From contig PZPA01000001.1 in assembly GCA_003045825.1 (NCBI GenBank), positions 1-61,417 of the forward strand: DNA of 61,417 nt. Direction: 5' to 3'. Below, piece after piece: positions 35,908 through 49,938 of this stretch; the stretch's first letter is position 1, and each line of letters opens with the position of its first letter. The DNA is from Bacteroidota bacterium. Its GTDB lineage: Bacteria > Bacteroidota > Bacteroidia > Flavobacteriales > Schleiferiaceae. The notes under the pieces are model-generated. The model did not search any database. It had not been told where the DNA came from and saw only the letters and a program-made list of their open reading frames with translations. The position numbers and the translations under genes were made by a program.

Positions 35908-37488
35908 ATGGCCTTCGAGAAAGAAATTAGAAAGCGCAGAACCTTTGGTATCATCTCTCACCCGGATGCTGGAAAGACTACGCTCACAGAAAAGTTACTG
36001 CTTTTCGGAGGTGCAATCCAAGAAGCTGGCGCGGTGAAGAGTAACAAGGTGAAGAAGGCGGCCACTTCTGATTTCATGGAGATTGAAAAACAACGTGGTA
36101 TATCCGTAGCCACTTCTGTTATGGGCTTTTATTACAAGGATAAAAAGATCAATATCCTCGATACACCGGGTCACCAAGATTTCGCAGAAGATACCTACCG
36201 AACTTTAACAGCTTGTGATAGCGTTATAGTGGTTATTGATGTAGCCAAAGGTGTAGAGGCACAGACTGAGAAATTGGTCCAAGTCTGTCGCATGCGGGAT
36301 ACGCCCATTATCGTATTCATCAATAAACTCGATCGTGAAGGAAAAGATGGTTTTGACCTGATTGACGAAGTAGAGCAAAAATTAGGGTTGACTTTATGCC
36401 CCCTTTCTTGGCCCGTTGGAATGGGCCAACGATTTCAAGGCGTCTACAACATGTGGGAGAAAAACCTTCATTTGTACTCTAGTGATAACAAGCAGAAAAT
36501 ATCAGAAGGCACATCTATAGAGGACCTAAATGATGCTATGTTGGAAGAACGTGTGGGTCAAGAAGCTGCCGAAGAGCTCAGAAATGATGTAGAGTTATTG
36601 GACGCAGTGTATCCTAAATTCGATCGTTCAGCCTATTTGAAAGGCGCTCAATGTCCGGTTTTCTTTGGTTCTGCCTTGAACAACTTTGGTGTACGAGAGC
36701 TGTTGGACTGTTTTCAAGAAATTGCTCCTGAGCCGCAGGCAAAGGAGGCAGAAGAACGTTTGGTTCAACCCAATGAAGAACAATTTTCTGGTTTTGTATT
36801 CAAAATTCATGCGAATATCGACCCGAACCACAGAAATAGAATTGCCTTTTTGAAGGTCGTTAGTGGCAAATTCGAACGCAACAAGACTTACATCCATTCA
36901 AGGACGGGCAAGACGTTTAGAGTAAGTGCCCCAACGGCATTTATGGCCTCTAAGAAAAGTACCATTGAGGAAGCCTATCCTGGCGATATTATAGGTATAC
37001 CGGATAACGGTTCCTTTAGAATTGGTGATACCGTTTCTGAAAAGGAGTCCTTACACTACATGGGAATTCCGTCTTTCTCACCTGAGCACTTTAGATTCAT
37101 TAATAATGCGGATCCGCTTAAAGCGAAGCAGCTCAACAAAGGTGTGGACCAATTAATGGATGAAGGCGTTGCACAGCTCTTCACGTTGAAGCAAAACAAC
37201 CGCAAGATTATCGGAACCGTAGGGGCCTTACAATATGAAGTTATCCAGTACCGATTGGAACACGAATACAACGCTAAATGTACCTATGAAAATTTCCCAG
37301 CCTTCAAGGCATGTTGGATAGAGAGCCACGATGAGGAACAGTTAAAGGCATTCAGCACACTGAAGCAACGCTATCTAGCTGAAGATAAATTTGGTCGTTT
37401 GGTATTTTTAGCTGATTCACAATTCTCGCTCCAAATGGCGCAGGATAAATTTGATAAGATCACCTTCCATTTAAAGAGTGAATTCTAA
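35908..37488 (+). CDS. prfC: Peptide chain release factor 3
   Basis: RRTFGIISHPDAGKTTLTEKLL (G1), DTPGHQDF (G3), NKLDR (G4). I chose the start at the ATG at 35908, Met11 of the tracked ORF. Confidence 0.93.
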   Translation: MAFEKEIRKRRTFGIISHPDAGKTTLTEKLLLFGGAIQEAGAVKSNKVKKAATSDFMEIEKQRGISVATSVMGFYYKDKKINILDTPGHQDFAEDTYRTLTACDSVIVVIDVAKGVEAQTEKLVQVCRMRDTPIIVFINKLDREGKDGFDLIDEVEQKLGLTLCPLSWPVGMGQRFQGVYNMWEKNLHLYSSDNKQKISEGTSIEDLNDAMLEERVGQEAAEELRNDVELLDAVYPKFDRSAYLKGAQCPVFFGSALNNFGVRELLDCFQEIAPEPQAKEAEERLVQPNEEQFSGFVFKIHANIDPNHRNRIAFLKVVSGKFERNKTYIHSRTGKTFRVSAPTAFMASKKSTIEEAYPGDIIGIPDNGSFRIGDTVSEKESLHYMGIPSFSPEHFRFINNADPLKAKQLNKGVDQLMDEGVAQLFTLKQNNRKIIGTVGALQYEVIQYRLEHEYNAKCTYENFPAFKACWIESHDEEQLKAFSTLKQRYLAEDKFGRLVFLADSQFSLQMAQDKFDKITFHLKSEF

Positions 37489-38861
37489 TGAGTCATATCA
37501 TTAATTATAGGCTCAATCAATTTTCTTGGGCCGTAGCAGCAGTTCTTCTTTTGCCGCTGCTTTTTACGCAGGGAATGTTTTTTGATGGATTAACATTTTC
37601 GACGATAGCACGAAATCTCAATGAGGGAATTGGCCAATTTTGGTCGCCTCAATACACACCTTTTGTTCATCCTGAGTACTACGAACACCCGCCGTTCTCT
37701 TTTGCGATACATTCTGTTTATTATCGCTTATTTGGTGATCAACCTTGGGTAGATCGTTTCTACGCTTACACGTTGTACGGCCTTAGTATTTTAATGATTC
37801 GTCGGATTTGGGCCCTACTCATACCTTCTGGACATAGAGGTTGGATTCCGCAGCTACTCTGGACCCTCACCCCTACCGTATTGTGGGTACATCAAAACAA
37901 CATATTGGAAGCGCCTTTAAATGCAGCCACGCTTGCCGTAGTATGGTTACTTATTGAAGGAACTTGGAAAAAAAATTATTTATGGAGTGCTCTAGCGGGT
38001 ATATTATTCTTTATCGCCTTAGGAATCAAAGGGCCAGTAGCACTGTTTCCACTAATAGTTTTGCCTTTAGTTGCCGTATTATATAAGGAATACCGGACGA
38101 ATGCATTGATTTCAGCGATAATCATGATTCTAAGTTGTAGCCTTCTTTTCACGTATTTCTACACGTATGTACCAGATTTTGCTAAATTTTTTGAAGGCTA
38201 CCTAAACCAGCAATTACTTCCATCCTTGCGCGGATTAAGAGGTGCAGAGAGTTCAGTGCTGTTGAGTTTGCTAGAATTGGCTAAGCAGCTTTCGCTTCCT
38301 ACAATAGTGCTGGTTATTCTCGCTTGGCGGCGTGGTGGCAAATATCCATTGCGTCGTGAAAGCATTTTAATGTTCACAGTAGCCATCTGTGCTACAGTGC
38401 CATTTTTATTCTTGCACCGTCAAGAGCATTACTACTTTATGCCCTCTATGGCCTATTGGATGTTAGCTTTTGGAATGCTTTACGAACAAGCGCCTTGGCC
38501 TTGGGGCATTAATCGCAAGCAGTGGGTAAAGTATATTTCATTAACCAACTTAACGCTTTGGCTAGCGGCCATTGTCCTCACGTTATACTTTAGTAAGTCA
38601 CCATCACGCGATAAACATACCATTAAAGCGTACCACAGTATGGCAAGCGACTTCAAACTGCAGGTAGTTCAAGTAAGGGATTTGAATGACTTTTGGAAGG
38701 ATAACGCCATAGCCTCTAGGTACAATAAACTCTACTTAACTGATAGAGCGCAGCCGTATTTTCTTATACGATTAGGAGGTCCCGCTCCCGAGGGTTTTGA
38801 AGTTGAAGCTACGTTCGAAAAAGCCAAGCTTGTATTATACAAAAAAGCCACCCCATATTAG
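37488..38861 (+). CDS. Polytopic membrane glycosyltransferase, GT39/ArnT-like
   Basis: About 10 or more hydrophobic helices. The N-terminal loop carries a DG...ARN-like pattern. Its start overlaps the prfC stop as TAATG. Confidence 0.55.
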   Translation: MSHIINYRLNQFSWAVAAVLLLPLLFTQGMFFDGLTFSTIARNLNEGIGQFWSPQYTPFVHPEYYEHPPFSFAIHSVYYRLFGDQPWVDRFYAYTLYGLSILMIRRIWALLIPSGHRGWIPQLLWTLTPTVLWVHQNNILEAPLNAATLAVVWLLIEGTWKKNYLWSALAGILFFIALGIKGPVALFPLIVLPLVAVLYKEYRTNALISAIIMILSCSLLFTYFYTYVPDFAKFFEGYLNQQLLPSLRGLRGAESSVLLSLLELAKQLSLPTIVLVILAWRRGGKYPLRRESILMFTVAICATVPFLFLHRQEHYYFMPSMAYWMLAFGMLYEQAPWPWGINRKQWVKYISLTNLTLWLAAIVLTLYFSKSPSRDKHTIKAYHSMASDFKLQVVQVRDLNDFWKDNAIASRYNKLYLTDRAQPYFLIRLGGPAPEGFEVEATFEKAKLVLYKKATPY

Positions 38862-38872
38862 GAGTGGCTTTT
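38843..38872. terminator. Bidirectional rho-independent terminator between the GT39-like gene and fabI
   Basis: AAAAGCCACCCC (38843-38854) pairs with GGAGTGGCTTTT (38861-38872) with one mismatch and a 6-nt loop. T-runs occur on both strands. Confidence 0.65.
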
Positions 38873-38896
38873 ACTATTGTTAAAAGTTTTTTATTG

Positions 38897-39724
38897 CTAT
38901 TCTTCTGGCTCCCCTTCCATGAATTGGGCCATTACTAGATCGCTTACCCCCATATTCGAAAAACCGCCGTCATTGTAAAGGTTTTGCATGGTTACTCGTT
39001 TCGTTAGATCAGAGAACATTGCTACGATATAATTCGCACAATCTTCAGCAGTAGCGTTTCCGAGCGGAGACATCTTCTCTGCATAAGCAATAAACCCTCC
39101 GAAGCCTTTAACACCTGACCCAGCAGTGGTTGGTGTTGGGCTCTGAGAAATGGTATTTACGCGAACATTGTTACGAACACCCCAATGGTATCCAAAGCTG
39201 CGTGCGATACTTTCGAGGTAGCTCTTATTGTCCGCCATATCATTATAATCCGGGAAAGTACGCTGTGCTGCCATGTAGGTCAACCCTAAAATTGATCCCC
39301 ATTCGCTCATTGCATCATGGTTCCAAGCGCTCTGCATAACTTTGTGAAAACTAACAGCACTTACATCCCAACCTTTTTGAAGCCAGTCATAATTCAATTC
39401 AGTGTAGTGCTTGCCTTTACGGACATTTACACTCATACCAATACTATGAAGGATAAAGTCAATCTTACCTCCAAAGTGTTCCATGGCCCCTGTAATCAAC
39501 TTGTCCAAGTCTTCCATACTGGTGGCATCTGCAGCTATAATAGGTGCGTCAATAGCCTCCGCCAAATTGTTTAATTCACCCATGCGCATAGCAATAGGTG
39601 CATTAGTCAATACCACTTTACCGCCCTGTGCGTGGATCGCTTCCGCTGCCTTCCAAGCAATTGAATCTGCATTTAAAGCGCCAAATACAATACCGCATTT
39701 GCCACTGAGTAATCCGTTTGACAT
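38897..39724 (-). CDS. fabI: Enoyl-[acyl-carrier-protein] reductase (NADH), FabI type
   Basis: GKCGIVFGALNADSIAW. An SDR fold with the Y-x6-K region MAAQRTFPDYNDMADNKSYLE. Confidence 0.88.
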   Translation of the reverse strand: MSNGLLSGKCGIVFGALNADSIAWKAAEAIHAQGGKVVLTNAPIAMRMGELNNLAEAIDAPIIAADATSMEDLDKLITGAMEHFGGKIDFILHSIGMSVNVRKGKHYTELNYDWLQKGWDVSAVSFHKVMQSAWNHDAMSEWGSILGLTYMAAQRTFPDYNDMADNKSYLESIARSFGYHWGVRNNVRVNTISQSPTPTTAGSGVKGFGGFIAYAEKMSPLGNATAEDCANYIVAMFSDLTKRVTMQNLYNDGGFSNMGVSDLVMAQFMEGEPEE

Positions 39725-39759
39725 ATTCTTGTGTTTGTTATAAGTTGCTAAAATAGGTT

Positions 39760-41403
39760 TTACCTCGCTTTCAACAAGGCTTCTGCCTGATTCTTCGCAG
39801 CCTGGGTGATTTTAGCGCCGCTAAGCATTCGCGCAAGTTCTTCAATTCGCTCGTTAGGGGCGAGTGTATACACATTACTTTCTGTTGTTGTGTCGGTAGA
39901 CGATTTCGAAATCATCCAATGGGTAGAACCCTTTGAGGCTACTTGAGGTAAATGTGTAATCGTTATGATTTGTTGCGTTTGAGCCAATTGCGACATTAGG
40001 TTGCCCACTTTTTCTGCTGTGGCGCCACTTATACCAGTATCTATTTCATCAAAAATTTGACAACTCAAAGTAATGTGTTTACCTAAAGCAGCTTTCAACG
40101 CCAACTTAACTCGACTCTGCTCACCCCCAGACGCTACCTTATTTAAAGGCTCAAGCGGGCTCCCAGGGTTCGCGCTAAACATGAATTGAGGTTTGTACAA
40201 TCCGTAGGATGTCGCAGGTTGTTCTTGCCAGACCAATTCAATTTTCGCCTTGGACAGATCCACATCGCTCAAATACCCAGCGAGTGAACTTTGAATAAGT
40301 TCTGTAGCCTCCAAGCGCTTCGCATGAAGTTTGGTCCCGGCAGTTTTAATCGCTCCTTCAAGTTTGAGTTGCTCAGCTTTCAACGTCTTCAATAAAGCAT
40401 CTTTATCTTTTATTGATTTAATCTGAGCTCCTAGTGCATCAAACTTTTCTACCAAGGCCTCTGAATCAAGAACGCGATGCTTACGAATAAGCCCATCGAT
40501 TTGATTTTTTCGATCAATCAAGGCATCTACATCAACGGTCAGTTCGGCAGCTTTAATTCGTTCTCTGATTTCACGCTCGATGGATTGTGTATGTGTAATA
40601 ACCTCCAATAACTTCTCAAGTAATGGCTCCGTAGTTTCATCGCTTGTCGCTAAGCGTGCTAGTTTAGACTCAACGGTAAACAATTGGTCCAAAAGCTTCG
40701 ATTCCCCACCGATGAGATGGGCCAATTCATTGTATTGATCGTTGAAGTCGCTTGCATTTTTATTTAAACGAACCAATTCTTCAATTTCATCATATTCGCC
40801 CGGTTTTACATTGGCCTTATCGAGCTCGTGGAATAGGAACTCTAGGTAATCTAAATCGCTTGTGTCCGCTTGTTCAACAAGCAATTTCTGTTCGTGTATA
40901 ACATTTTTTAGAGCGGTAAATAGAGCATCATATTCAATACGTTCTTCCACTGATGCTACGAACGAATCAATCAGCTCCATTTGTTTAGCGATATCCGTAA
41001 GTAGACCGGAATCACTTTGACTGTTTATGTCAATATACTGGCCCGCAAAATGAGCTAAGTCCGCACTTTTAACAGGGGTGTCGTTGATAAAGGCCCTGGA
41101 TTTCCCATTGGGCAACAGCTCTCTTCGAAATACACTATGTGTATCAAAATCAATATCCTTCGAAAGAAATTCTGTTTCTAAATATTCCGGCAATACCACC
41201 TCAAGTTCAACAACAGCCTTACTCTTTTTGTCCTTGAGCACAGATTTTGCTGAAAGCCTTTGTCCTAAAGCCGCACCAAGTGCACCTAGTAGTATGCTCT
41301 TGCCCGCACCGGTTTCACCAGTCATCGCCGTCATTCCGCCGAGAATTGGAAGGTCCAACTCATCGATCAGGATGAAGTTTCGTATTCGTATTCTTTTCAG
41401 CAT
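39760..41403 (-). CDS. recN: DNA repair protein RecN
   Basis: N-terminal IRNFILIDELDL...TGETGAGKSILLGAL. Long coiled coil. C-terminal SGGEQSR signature and FDEIDTGISG Walker B. Confidence 0.93.
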   Translation of the reverse strand: MLKRIRIRNFILIDELDLPILGGMTAMTGETGAGKSILLGALGAALGQRLSAKSVLKDKKSKAVVELEVVLPEYLETEFLSKDIDFDTHSVFRRELLPNGKSRAFINDTPVKSADLAHFAGQYIDINSQSDSGLLTDIAKQMELIDSFVASVEERIEYDALFTALKNVIHEQKLLVEQADTSDLDYLEFLFHELDKANVKPGEYDEIEELVRLNKNASDFNDQYNELAHLIGGESKLLDQLFTVESKLARLATSDETTEPLLEKLLEVITHTQSIEREIRERIKAAELTVDVDALIDRKNQIDGLIRKHRVLDSEALVEKFDALGAQIKSIKDKDALLKTLKAEQLKLEGAIKTAGTKLHAKRLEATELIQSSLAGYLSDVDLSKAKIELVWQEQPATSYGLYKPQFMFSANPGSPLEPLNKVASGGEQSRVKLALKAALGKHITLSCQIFDEIDTGISGATAEKVGNLMSQLAQTQQIITITHLPQVASKGSTHWMISKSSTDTTTESNVYTLAPNERIEELARMLSGAKITQAAKNQAEALLKAR

Positions 41404-42320
41404 TACTTTCCTCCTAAATCACCGTAGCTGCTTGCATGTGTGCGATCCAACCCCTCCAAAGTAGTCTGAAGCGTTTTGGTATCCACTCCCAAAGTTGCTG
41501 CTTCTGAGTACAAGGATAATATCTCCGTATTTTTCGCGTCGAAGAACAGGTTTAATAAATAACTATTGGGACGCTTTTGATTGGGAACCTCCAATGCTTT
41601 TAAGCTTGTTGTTATGGTTTCTAAAGCTTGCTTATGGTTTTCAGTCAAATACATAAGGTCTAATCCTTGACGGTGGTACATGTAAAGACACGTTTTCACT
41701 GGCTCAAAAACTGGACTCATTAAAGCATCCGTGATCCAAAATCTATTTTTCGTGCCATCGAAGCTCTTCCACCCGCTCGCGCCACCGCTGCTTTGCGCAG
41801 TTGTAACAATATTCTGTGCAATGGCAAATTCGGCATCTCCTCCATTAGCTTTAAACGTGCATCTGTCCAGACCAATGATGGTATACGCATAGAACGATAA
41901 AATAGAACTTAGGTTAGTGGTGTAGGTATTTTGTTGAAAATCTATAGGCTCATTCTCTTGGTAGCTAAAAACCACATCCTTGTCCAGCACTTTTAATACA
42001 GGTGAGTTGTAGTTGCTATTGTAAACTGGTCTTGAATATTGTACCTGCAAAGTTGCATCAAATCTATTGCCACTCAAGCTATTGACTGTCATGATATAGT
42101 TGCATTCGATACGTTCTTCATCACTGTATTTGTGGTCGGTAAATGCATAGCCGTTCAGGAAATTTTCCATCGACGTTTCGAGCGTTTGAAATATATCCTT
42201 GTTGGTCGCTTGAACCTCTGGGCTCAATACTTTAACTGTGGCACGTAGCTCTTGCGCATTACAGTGTCCTGCGAGGAGGTATAAAATGAAGACAAAGAGA
42301 ATTGACCGATTCATGCTCAT
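41403..42320 (-). CDS. Secreted conserved protein (DUF4835-like by position and size)
   Basis: It has a signal peptide. It sits in the coaBC / this gene / recN arrangement that I recall as conserved in Flavobacteriia. The family name comes from memory, not from a search. Confidence 0.5.
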   Translation of the reverse strand: MSMNRSILFVFILYLLAGHCNAQELRATVKVLSPEVQATNKDIFQTLETSMENFLNGYAFTDHKYSDEERIECNYIMTVNSLSGNRFDATLQVQYSRPVYNSNYNSPVLKVLDKDVVFSYQENEPIDFQQNTYTTNLSSILSFYAYTIIGLDRCTFKANGGDAEFAIAQNIVTTAQSSGGASGWKSFDGTKNRFWITDALMSPVFEPVKTCLYMYHRQGLDLMYLTENHKQALETITTSLKALEVPNQKRPNSYLLNLFFDAKNTEILSLYSEAATLGVDTKTLQTTLEGLDRTHASSYGDLGGK

Positions 42321-43540
42321 TGAAATTTTTCAATCAATGCCTCTAAAAGCTGTTTTCCTAAAAGCGATTTATCCATAAGTTCGAAGGACAGTTCTCCCCC
42401 ATCCTGGAAAAATATGTCGACGGCATTAGTATTGGATTCAAATCCAGTCTTAGAACTAAGCATATTCAAAATAATGGCATCCGCATTTTTCCGCACCAAC
42501 TTTTCTTTAGCATAATCCTCACCATTGTTCGTTTCTAACGCAAAACCTACCAATTTTTGATTGGGCTTCTTTGCAGCACCTAAAGCCGCCAGTATATCTG
42601 GTGTCTGTTCAAGTTGAAGACTCATAGTACCCGTCATAGATGTTTTCTTAAGTTTTTTATCTTCAGCATCTACGGGTGTAAAATCGCTAACCGCTGCTGT
42701 GCATATGGTTAAAACGGAGGAAGGGTAATATTCTTGCATCGCTGTTAACATCTCTTTCGCGCTAACAACACGAATAACCTGTAGACCTTTCAAATCTAAA
42801 GGGTGATGTGTTGGTCCTAATACAAGGGTTACAGTGGCACCCAAGGCTTTGGATGCTTGCGCCAGTGCAACACCCATTTGTCCTGTACTATTGTTACCAA
42901 TATACCGAACAGGGTCAATATGCTCATGCGTAGGTCCCGCATTGATAAGCACATTTTTACCGTACAATGGAAGTTGTTTCAGTAAGTGCGATGTGATAAA
43001 TTCACAAATAGCTTCGGGTTCTGCCATTCTTCCTTGCCCTATTAAACCACTAGCTAGTTCACCGTGTTCGGCCGGCAGGACCACTACCCCTCTGGATTCC
43101 AATACTTCTATGTTGGATGCAGTCGCGGCATTCTTGTACATGTCTAAATCCATGGCAGGGGCCACATAGACAGGGCACTTCGCACTCATGTATACAGCAG
43201 ACAACAAATCGTCGCAAGCGCCTGTAACAAGCTTTGAAAGTGTATTACTTGAAGTTGGCGCTATGAGCATAAGGTCGGCCCATAAACCCAAGTCTACATG
43301 GTTGTTCCATACACCATATTGCTCCTCTTCTTCCTTTAAGAAAGTACTGTAGACGGGACGTGTACTTAAAGTAGAAAGCGTCAATGGGGTGATGAAGTCC
43401 TTCGCAGCAGTGGTCATCACTACCTGGACTTCAGCACCCCATTTAATTAGTTCACGGACTAAATGAGCACTTTTGTAGGCCGCAATACTGCCGGAAACTC
43501 CAAGCAGTACCTTTCGCTTGTACAAAGGCCCTATTTCCAC
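42317..43540 (-). CDS. coaBC: Bifunctional phosphopantothenoylcysteine decarboxylase / phosphopantothenate-cysteine ligase
   Basis: GVSGSIAAYK flavoprotein motif, PAMD, and the CoaB region INAGPTHEHIDPVRYIGNNSTGQMG. Confidence 0.93.
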   Translation of the reverse strand: MEIGPLYKRKVLLGVSGSIAAYKSAHLVRELIKWGAEVQVVMTTAAKDFITPLTLSTLSTRPVYSTFLKEEEEQYGVWNNHVDLGLWADLMLIAPTSSNTLSKLVTGACDDLLSAVYMSAKCPVYVAPAMDLDMYKNAATASNIEVLESRGVVVLPAEHGELASGLIGQGRMAEPEAICEFITSHLLKQLPLYGKNVLINAGPTHEHIDPVRYIGNNSTGQMGVALAQASKALGATVTLVLGPTHHPLDLKGLQVIRVVSAKEMLTAMQEYYPSSVLTICTAAVSDFTPVDAEDKKLKKTSMTGTMSLQLEQTPDILAALGAAKKPNQKLVGFALETNNGEDYAKEKLVRKNADAIILNMLSSKTGFESNTNAVDIFFQDGGELSFELMDKSLLGKQLLEALIEKFQ

Positions 43541-43543
43541 GAT

Positions 43544-43870
43544 CTATTTCTCTTCTTCGTTCTCTTTGCGGTAGTAGATACGATCTTCTAACCACTCTTG
43601 AAGGGCCATTGCAGTTGGCTTCGGCAAGCTTTCGTAAAACTTACTCACCTCAATTTGCTCTTTATTCTCGAAAATCTCTTCTAGAGATTCTGTGGAAGAA
43701 GCAAATTCCTGCAGTTTTGCGTGCAGCTCCTCGCGAGTAATGTCATTGATTTGCTCAGCACGCTTTGAGATAATGGTCAATGCTTCGTAGATATTATCCG
43801 TAGGTGCATCAATAGCGTTAGTGTTGTGCGTTCGCGTATTCTTGTCCGCTTGCATCTTTTTATAATCCAT
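43544..43870 (-). CDS. rpoZ: DNA-directed RNA polymerase subunit omega (Bacteroidota long form)
   Basis: NIYEALTIISKRAEQI-type helix, about 108 aa, in the conserved position between bamD and coaBC. Confidence 0.6.
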   Translation of the reverse strand: MDYKKMQADKNTRTHNTNAIDAPTDNIYEALTIISKRAEQINDITREELHAKLQEFASSTESLEEIFENKEQIEVSKFYESLPKPTAMALQEWLEDRIYYRKENEEEK

Positions 43871-43884
43871 AGGAAATCAGGAAT

Positions 43885-44652
43885 TTAGTGTATCAATTTA
43901 CGTAAATCTTCGAGGCGATCACTAGTTGGGAACGCTTCTTCAAAATCATTTAATGCTGTTTTGGCCTCTGTAAATCTTTCATCTTGTAGCGCTTCGAGGC
44001 TGTTATTTGCCAATTTGAAGGCCGATAACGTTTTATAATACAAGGCGTCTTCACGGTATGGCGTATCCGGGTATTCACTAACGGTTGTAGTGAACGCCGT
44101 CATAGCTGCTTTGTACTGTCTAGTCTTGTAATATTGAAAGGCAATCTCATAGCTCTTCAACTCTAGTTTACTTCTAAGTTCCTCCATGTAAGCATTACAA
44201 TCTTCTAGCTTATCAGAATTTGGATGAGTATTAATGTAGAGTTGAATCTCGTTAATTGCTTTAAACGTGTAGGCTTGGTCTAGACTGTGCTTTGGGGCTT
44301 CCAAATAGTAACAGTAGGCCGTTAAATACGCGGCTTCATCCGCCTGTTCATTTTGAGGGAATGTCTTGTAGAAATTCTTGAAATGGTAGCCAGCTAGGAT
44401 GTAGTTTTTCTGCAAATACAGTGTGTTCGCATAATAAAAGTACACTTCTTGCGCTTTGTGCGTTCCGCGGTATAGCGAGATTAATTCGTCAAAAATAGGA
44501 TAAGCCTTGTTATACTCTCCTGCGTCGTAGTATTCTACGGCTTTCGAGAATTTATAATCAAGGTCTTTACTTTTAAGAACCTCTTGGTATTCGCCGCAGT
44601 TTGTCAAAACAAAGGCAAATAGCAGGTATGTAGCTAGTCTAATCAATTTCAT
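43885..44652 (-). CDS. bamD: Outer-membrane protein assembly factor BamD (TPR lipoprotein)
   Basis: Lipobox LTNCG. TPR-like repeats rich in Y, A and L. Typical size and neighbourhood. Confidence 0.75.
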   Translation of the reverse strand: MKLIRLATYLLFAFVLTNCGEYQEVLKSKDLDYKFSKAVEYYDAGEYNKAYPIFDELISLYRGTHKAQEVYFYYANTLYLQKNYILAGYHFKNFYKTFPQNEQADEAAYLTAYCYYLEAPKHSLDQAYTFKAINEIQLYINTHPNSDKLEDCNAYMEELRSKLELKSYEIAFQYYKTRQYKAAMTAFTTTVSEYPDTPYREDALYYKTLSAFKLANNSLEALQDERFTEAKTALNDFEEAFPTSDRLEDLRKLIH

Positions 44653-44673
44653 GAACGCGCAAAGATACGATTT

Positions 44674-45699
44674 TTAGTGAAGTTGTAGAGTGGAAATATC
44701 GTCCAAATCCTCTCCGTTCTTCGCCCTGGCTAAAATACCTTCTACAAGGTCTTCAGTGTAGTCCGGCCATGCCCTTTTAACAGAATTTTCTGAAATGAAA
44801 AAACGTTTGAAAATATCTACCGCTAAGGCATTGAGCTGATAAAATACCATAGCGCCTTCCCGCTCTGCACATACGGCATTCGCGGCTTGCTCGTATTGTC
44901 CTGATATTGGTGAAAGCAACACTTTTTTACCTAAAAACATTGCTTCAGAGGGACCTTCAAAACCCGCACTGCAAATAATACCCTTTGATTTCGCTAATGA
45001 ATCTGTAAACAACTTATTATCAATACTTAAAAAGGTCGTATTTAAAGTGTCAATTATCACTTCGTCTCTAGAGAAAATTACAAACTGTTCGTCGGGAAAC
45101 TGCTGAAACCAGTGCGCCAATGTGGTTGCACTATAGGCCGGCAAGTACACTACGTAATGATCACCATTTATAGGAGTTAATTTACGAACATCACCTCTAA
45201 TGATCGGTGGTAAAATAAAGGAATCATAGGCACTGAAATGAAAACCAATTTTAAACGCACTGGGTGACATGTAGCGCAAAATGAACTCCCATAGCCATAC
45301 ACTCCTAGGCGGACGCGGTGTTCGTGAGGACCAGTACGCCGCCTGGTGACTAAGCTGTAAACTCTTAACTCCTCTAAGTAAACAAGCATATGAAGTGATG
45401 GCTTCAAAATCGATAATCACCAGGTCGTACCCTTTAACGGGAAGCGTGTAAACATCCCTTATGAATCGTAAGGGTTTGTTTCCAAAGAAACTTTTCCAGT
45501 AGCTTACTCCCCCACTGGAATTATACTTCATGGTTAATCCAAATTTCTTAAATCGGATAGGATACTCCAAGGCAATCTGACTTTGGGTACCTGCTACGAG
45601 GACATCTAAATCACATCGACTTGCTAAAATCGGCACAATTTCTCTTGCCCTTGCAACATGGCCGTTTCCGGTGCCTTGCAGTGCATATAATACCTTCAT
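44674..45699 (-). CDS. GT-B fold glycosyltransferase (MJ1255-like uncharacterised family)
   Basis: N-terminal LQGTGNGHVARAREI. C-terminal SAGFEGPSEAMFLGKKVL nucleotide-sugar-binding-like segment. Confidence 0.6.
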   Translation of the reverse strand: MKVLYALQGTGNGHVARAREIVPILASRCDLDVLVAGTQSQIALEYPIRFKKFGLTMKYNSSGGVSYWKSFFGNKPLRFIRDVYTLPVKGYDLVIIDFEAITSYACLLRGVKSLQLSHQAAYWSSRTPRPPRSVWLWEFILRYMSPSAFKIGFHFSAYDSFILPPIIRGDVRKLTPINGDHYVVYLPAYSATTLAHWFQQFPDEQFVIFSRDEVIIDTLNTTFLSIDNKLFTDSLAKSKGIICSAGFEGPSEAMFLGKKVLLSPISGQYEQAANAVCAEREGAMVFYQLNALAVDIFKRFFISENSVKRAWPDYTEDLVEGILARAKNGEDLDDISTLQLH

Positions 45700-45707
45700 A
45701 ACCCCGT

Positions 45708-46596
45708 TTAGACCAAGCTAAGGACCTCTAAACTTGCTATTAAGGAGTTTTTAAGGTCACTCGACGCCTCTACTAAAGGAAGTCTAACTGCGGCCGTCGT
45801 GATGCCTCGTGCTTCTAGAAGTGCTTTGATTCCCACTGGATTGCCTTCTTCGAACAATTGATTTGTTAAGTCGTAGAGACTAAGGTGTGCTGCGCGTGCC
45901 TGTATCCATTGGCCTGCTGATAAATGGTTAACCATAGTACAGAAGACTTCTGGAACACCCTGCCCACTCACAGAAATAACTCCTTCAGCTCCTAGGGCCA
46001 TCATAGCAAAGGTGAGGTTATCATCCCCGGAAATTACTTGAAAGTCTGCAGGTCGTTCGAGCAAAATTTCTGTGATTTGATCAAGATTACCACTCGCCTC
46101 TTTTATTGCGACAATGTTACCAAAGTTCTTAGCCAAACGAACGGTTGTCTGCGCACTCATGTTACTGCTTGTTCTTCCTGGAACATTATACAATATTAAT
46201 GGCAAGGGGCTCGCGGCACTTAATGCTGCATAATGCTGGTAAATACCTTCTTGTGAAGGTTTGTTGTAATATGGACTTGCGCTCAGAATTGCAGAAACGC
46301 CGTCAGTATTAAACGCTTCCAGCTCTTCAACCAAAGCATGAGTATTGTTACCGCCAATTCCAAAAACAACAGGAATTCTACCCGCTGTTACCTTTAGTAC
46401 GAACTGCAGTACCAGCTGCTTTTCATCCACTGATAAAACTGGATTTTCAGCCGTTGTGCCGTTGACAACGAAGTAGTTCACGCCATTTGAGATGCAGTGC
46501 TCTAAGAGGCGTTCAAGTGCTGTATAATCTACACTTTTTGTCTCATTACGCTGAAACGGAGTAACCAGTGCAACACCGACTCCTGATAGGTCTAAT

Positions 46597-46604
<8 letters not shown>
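45708..46604 (-). CDS. dapA: 4-hydroxy-tetrahydrodipicolinate synthase
   Basis: GVGVALVTPF, VNGTTAE, YNVPGRT, and IKEASG with the Schiff-base Lys. Confidence 0.93.
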
Positions 46605-49899
<3,295 letters not shown>

Positions 49900-49938
49900 C
49901 ACTGCCGAAAATACGACTTGCACCACTACCTTTGTCTC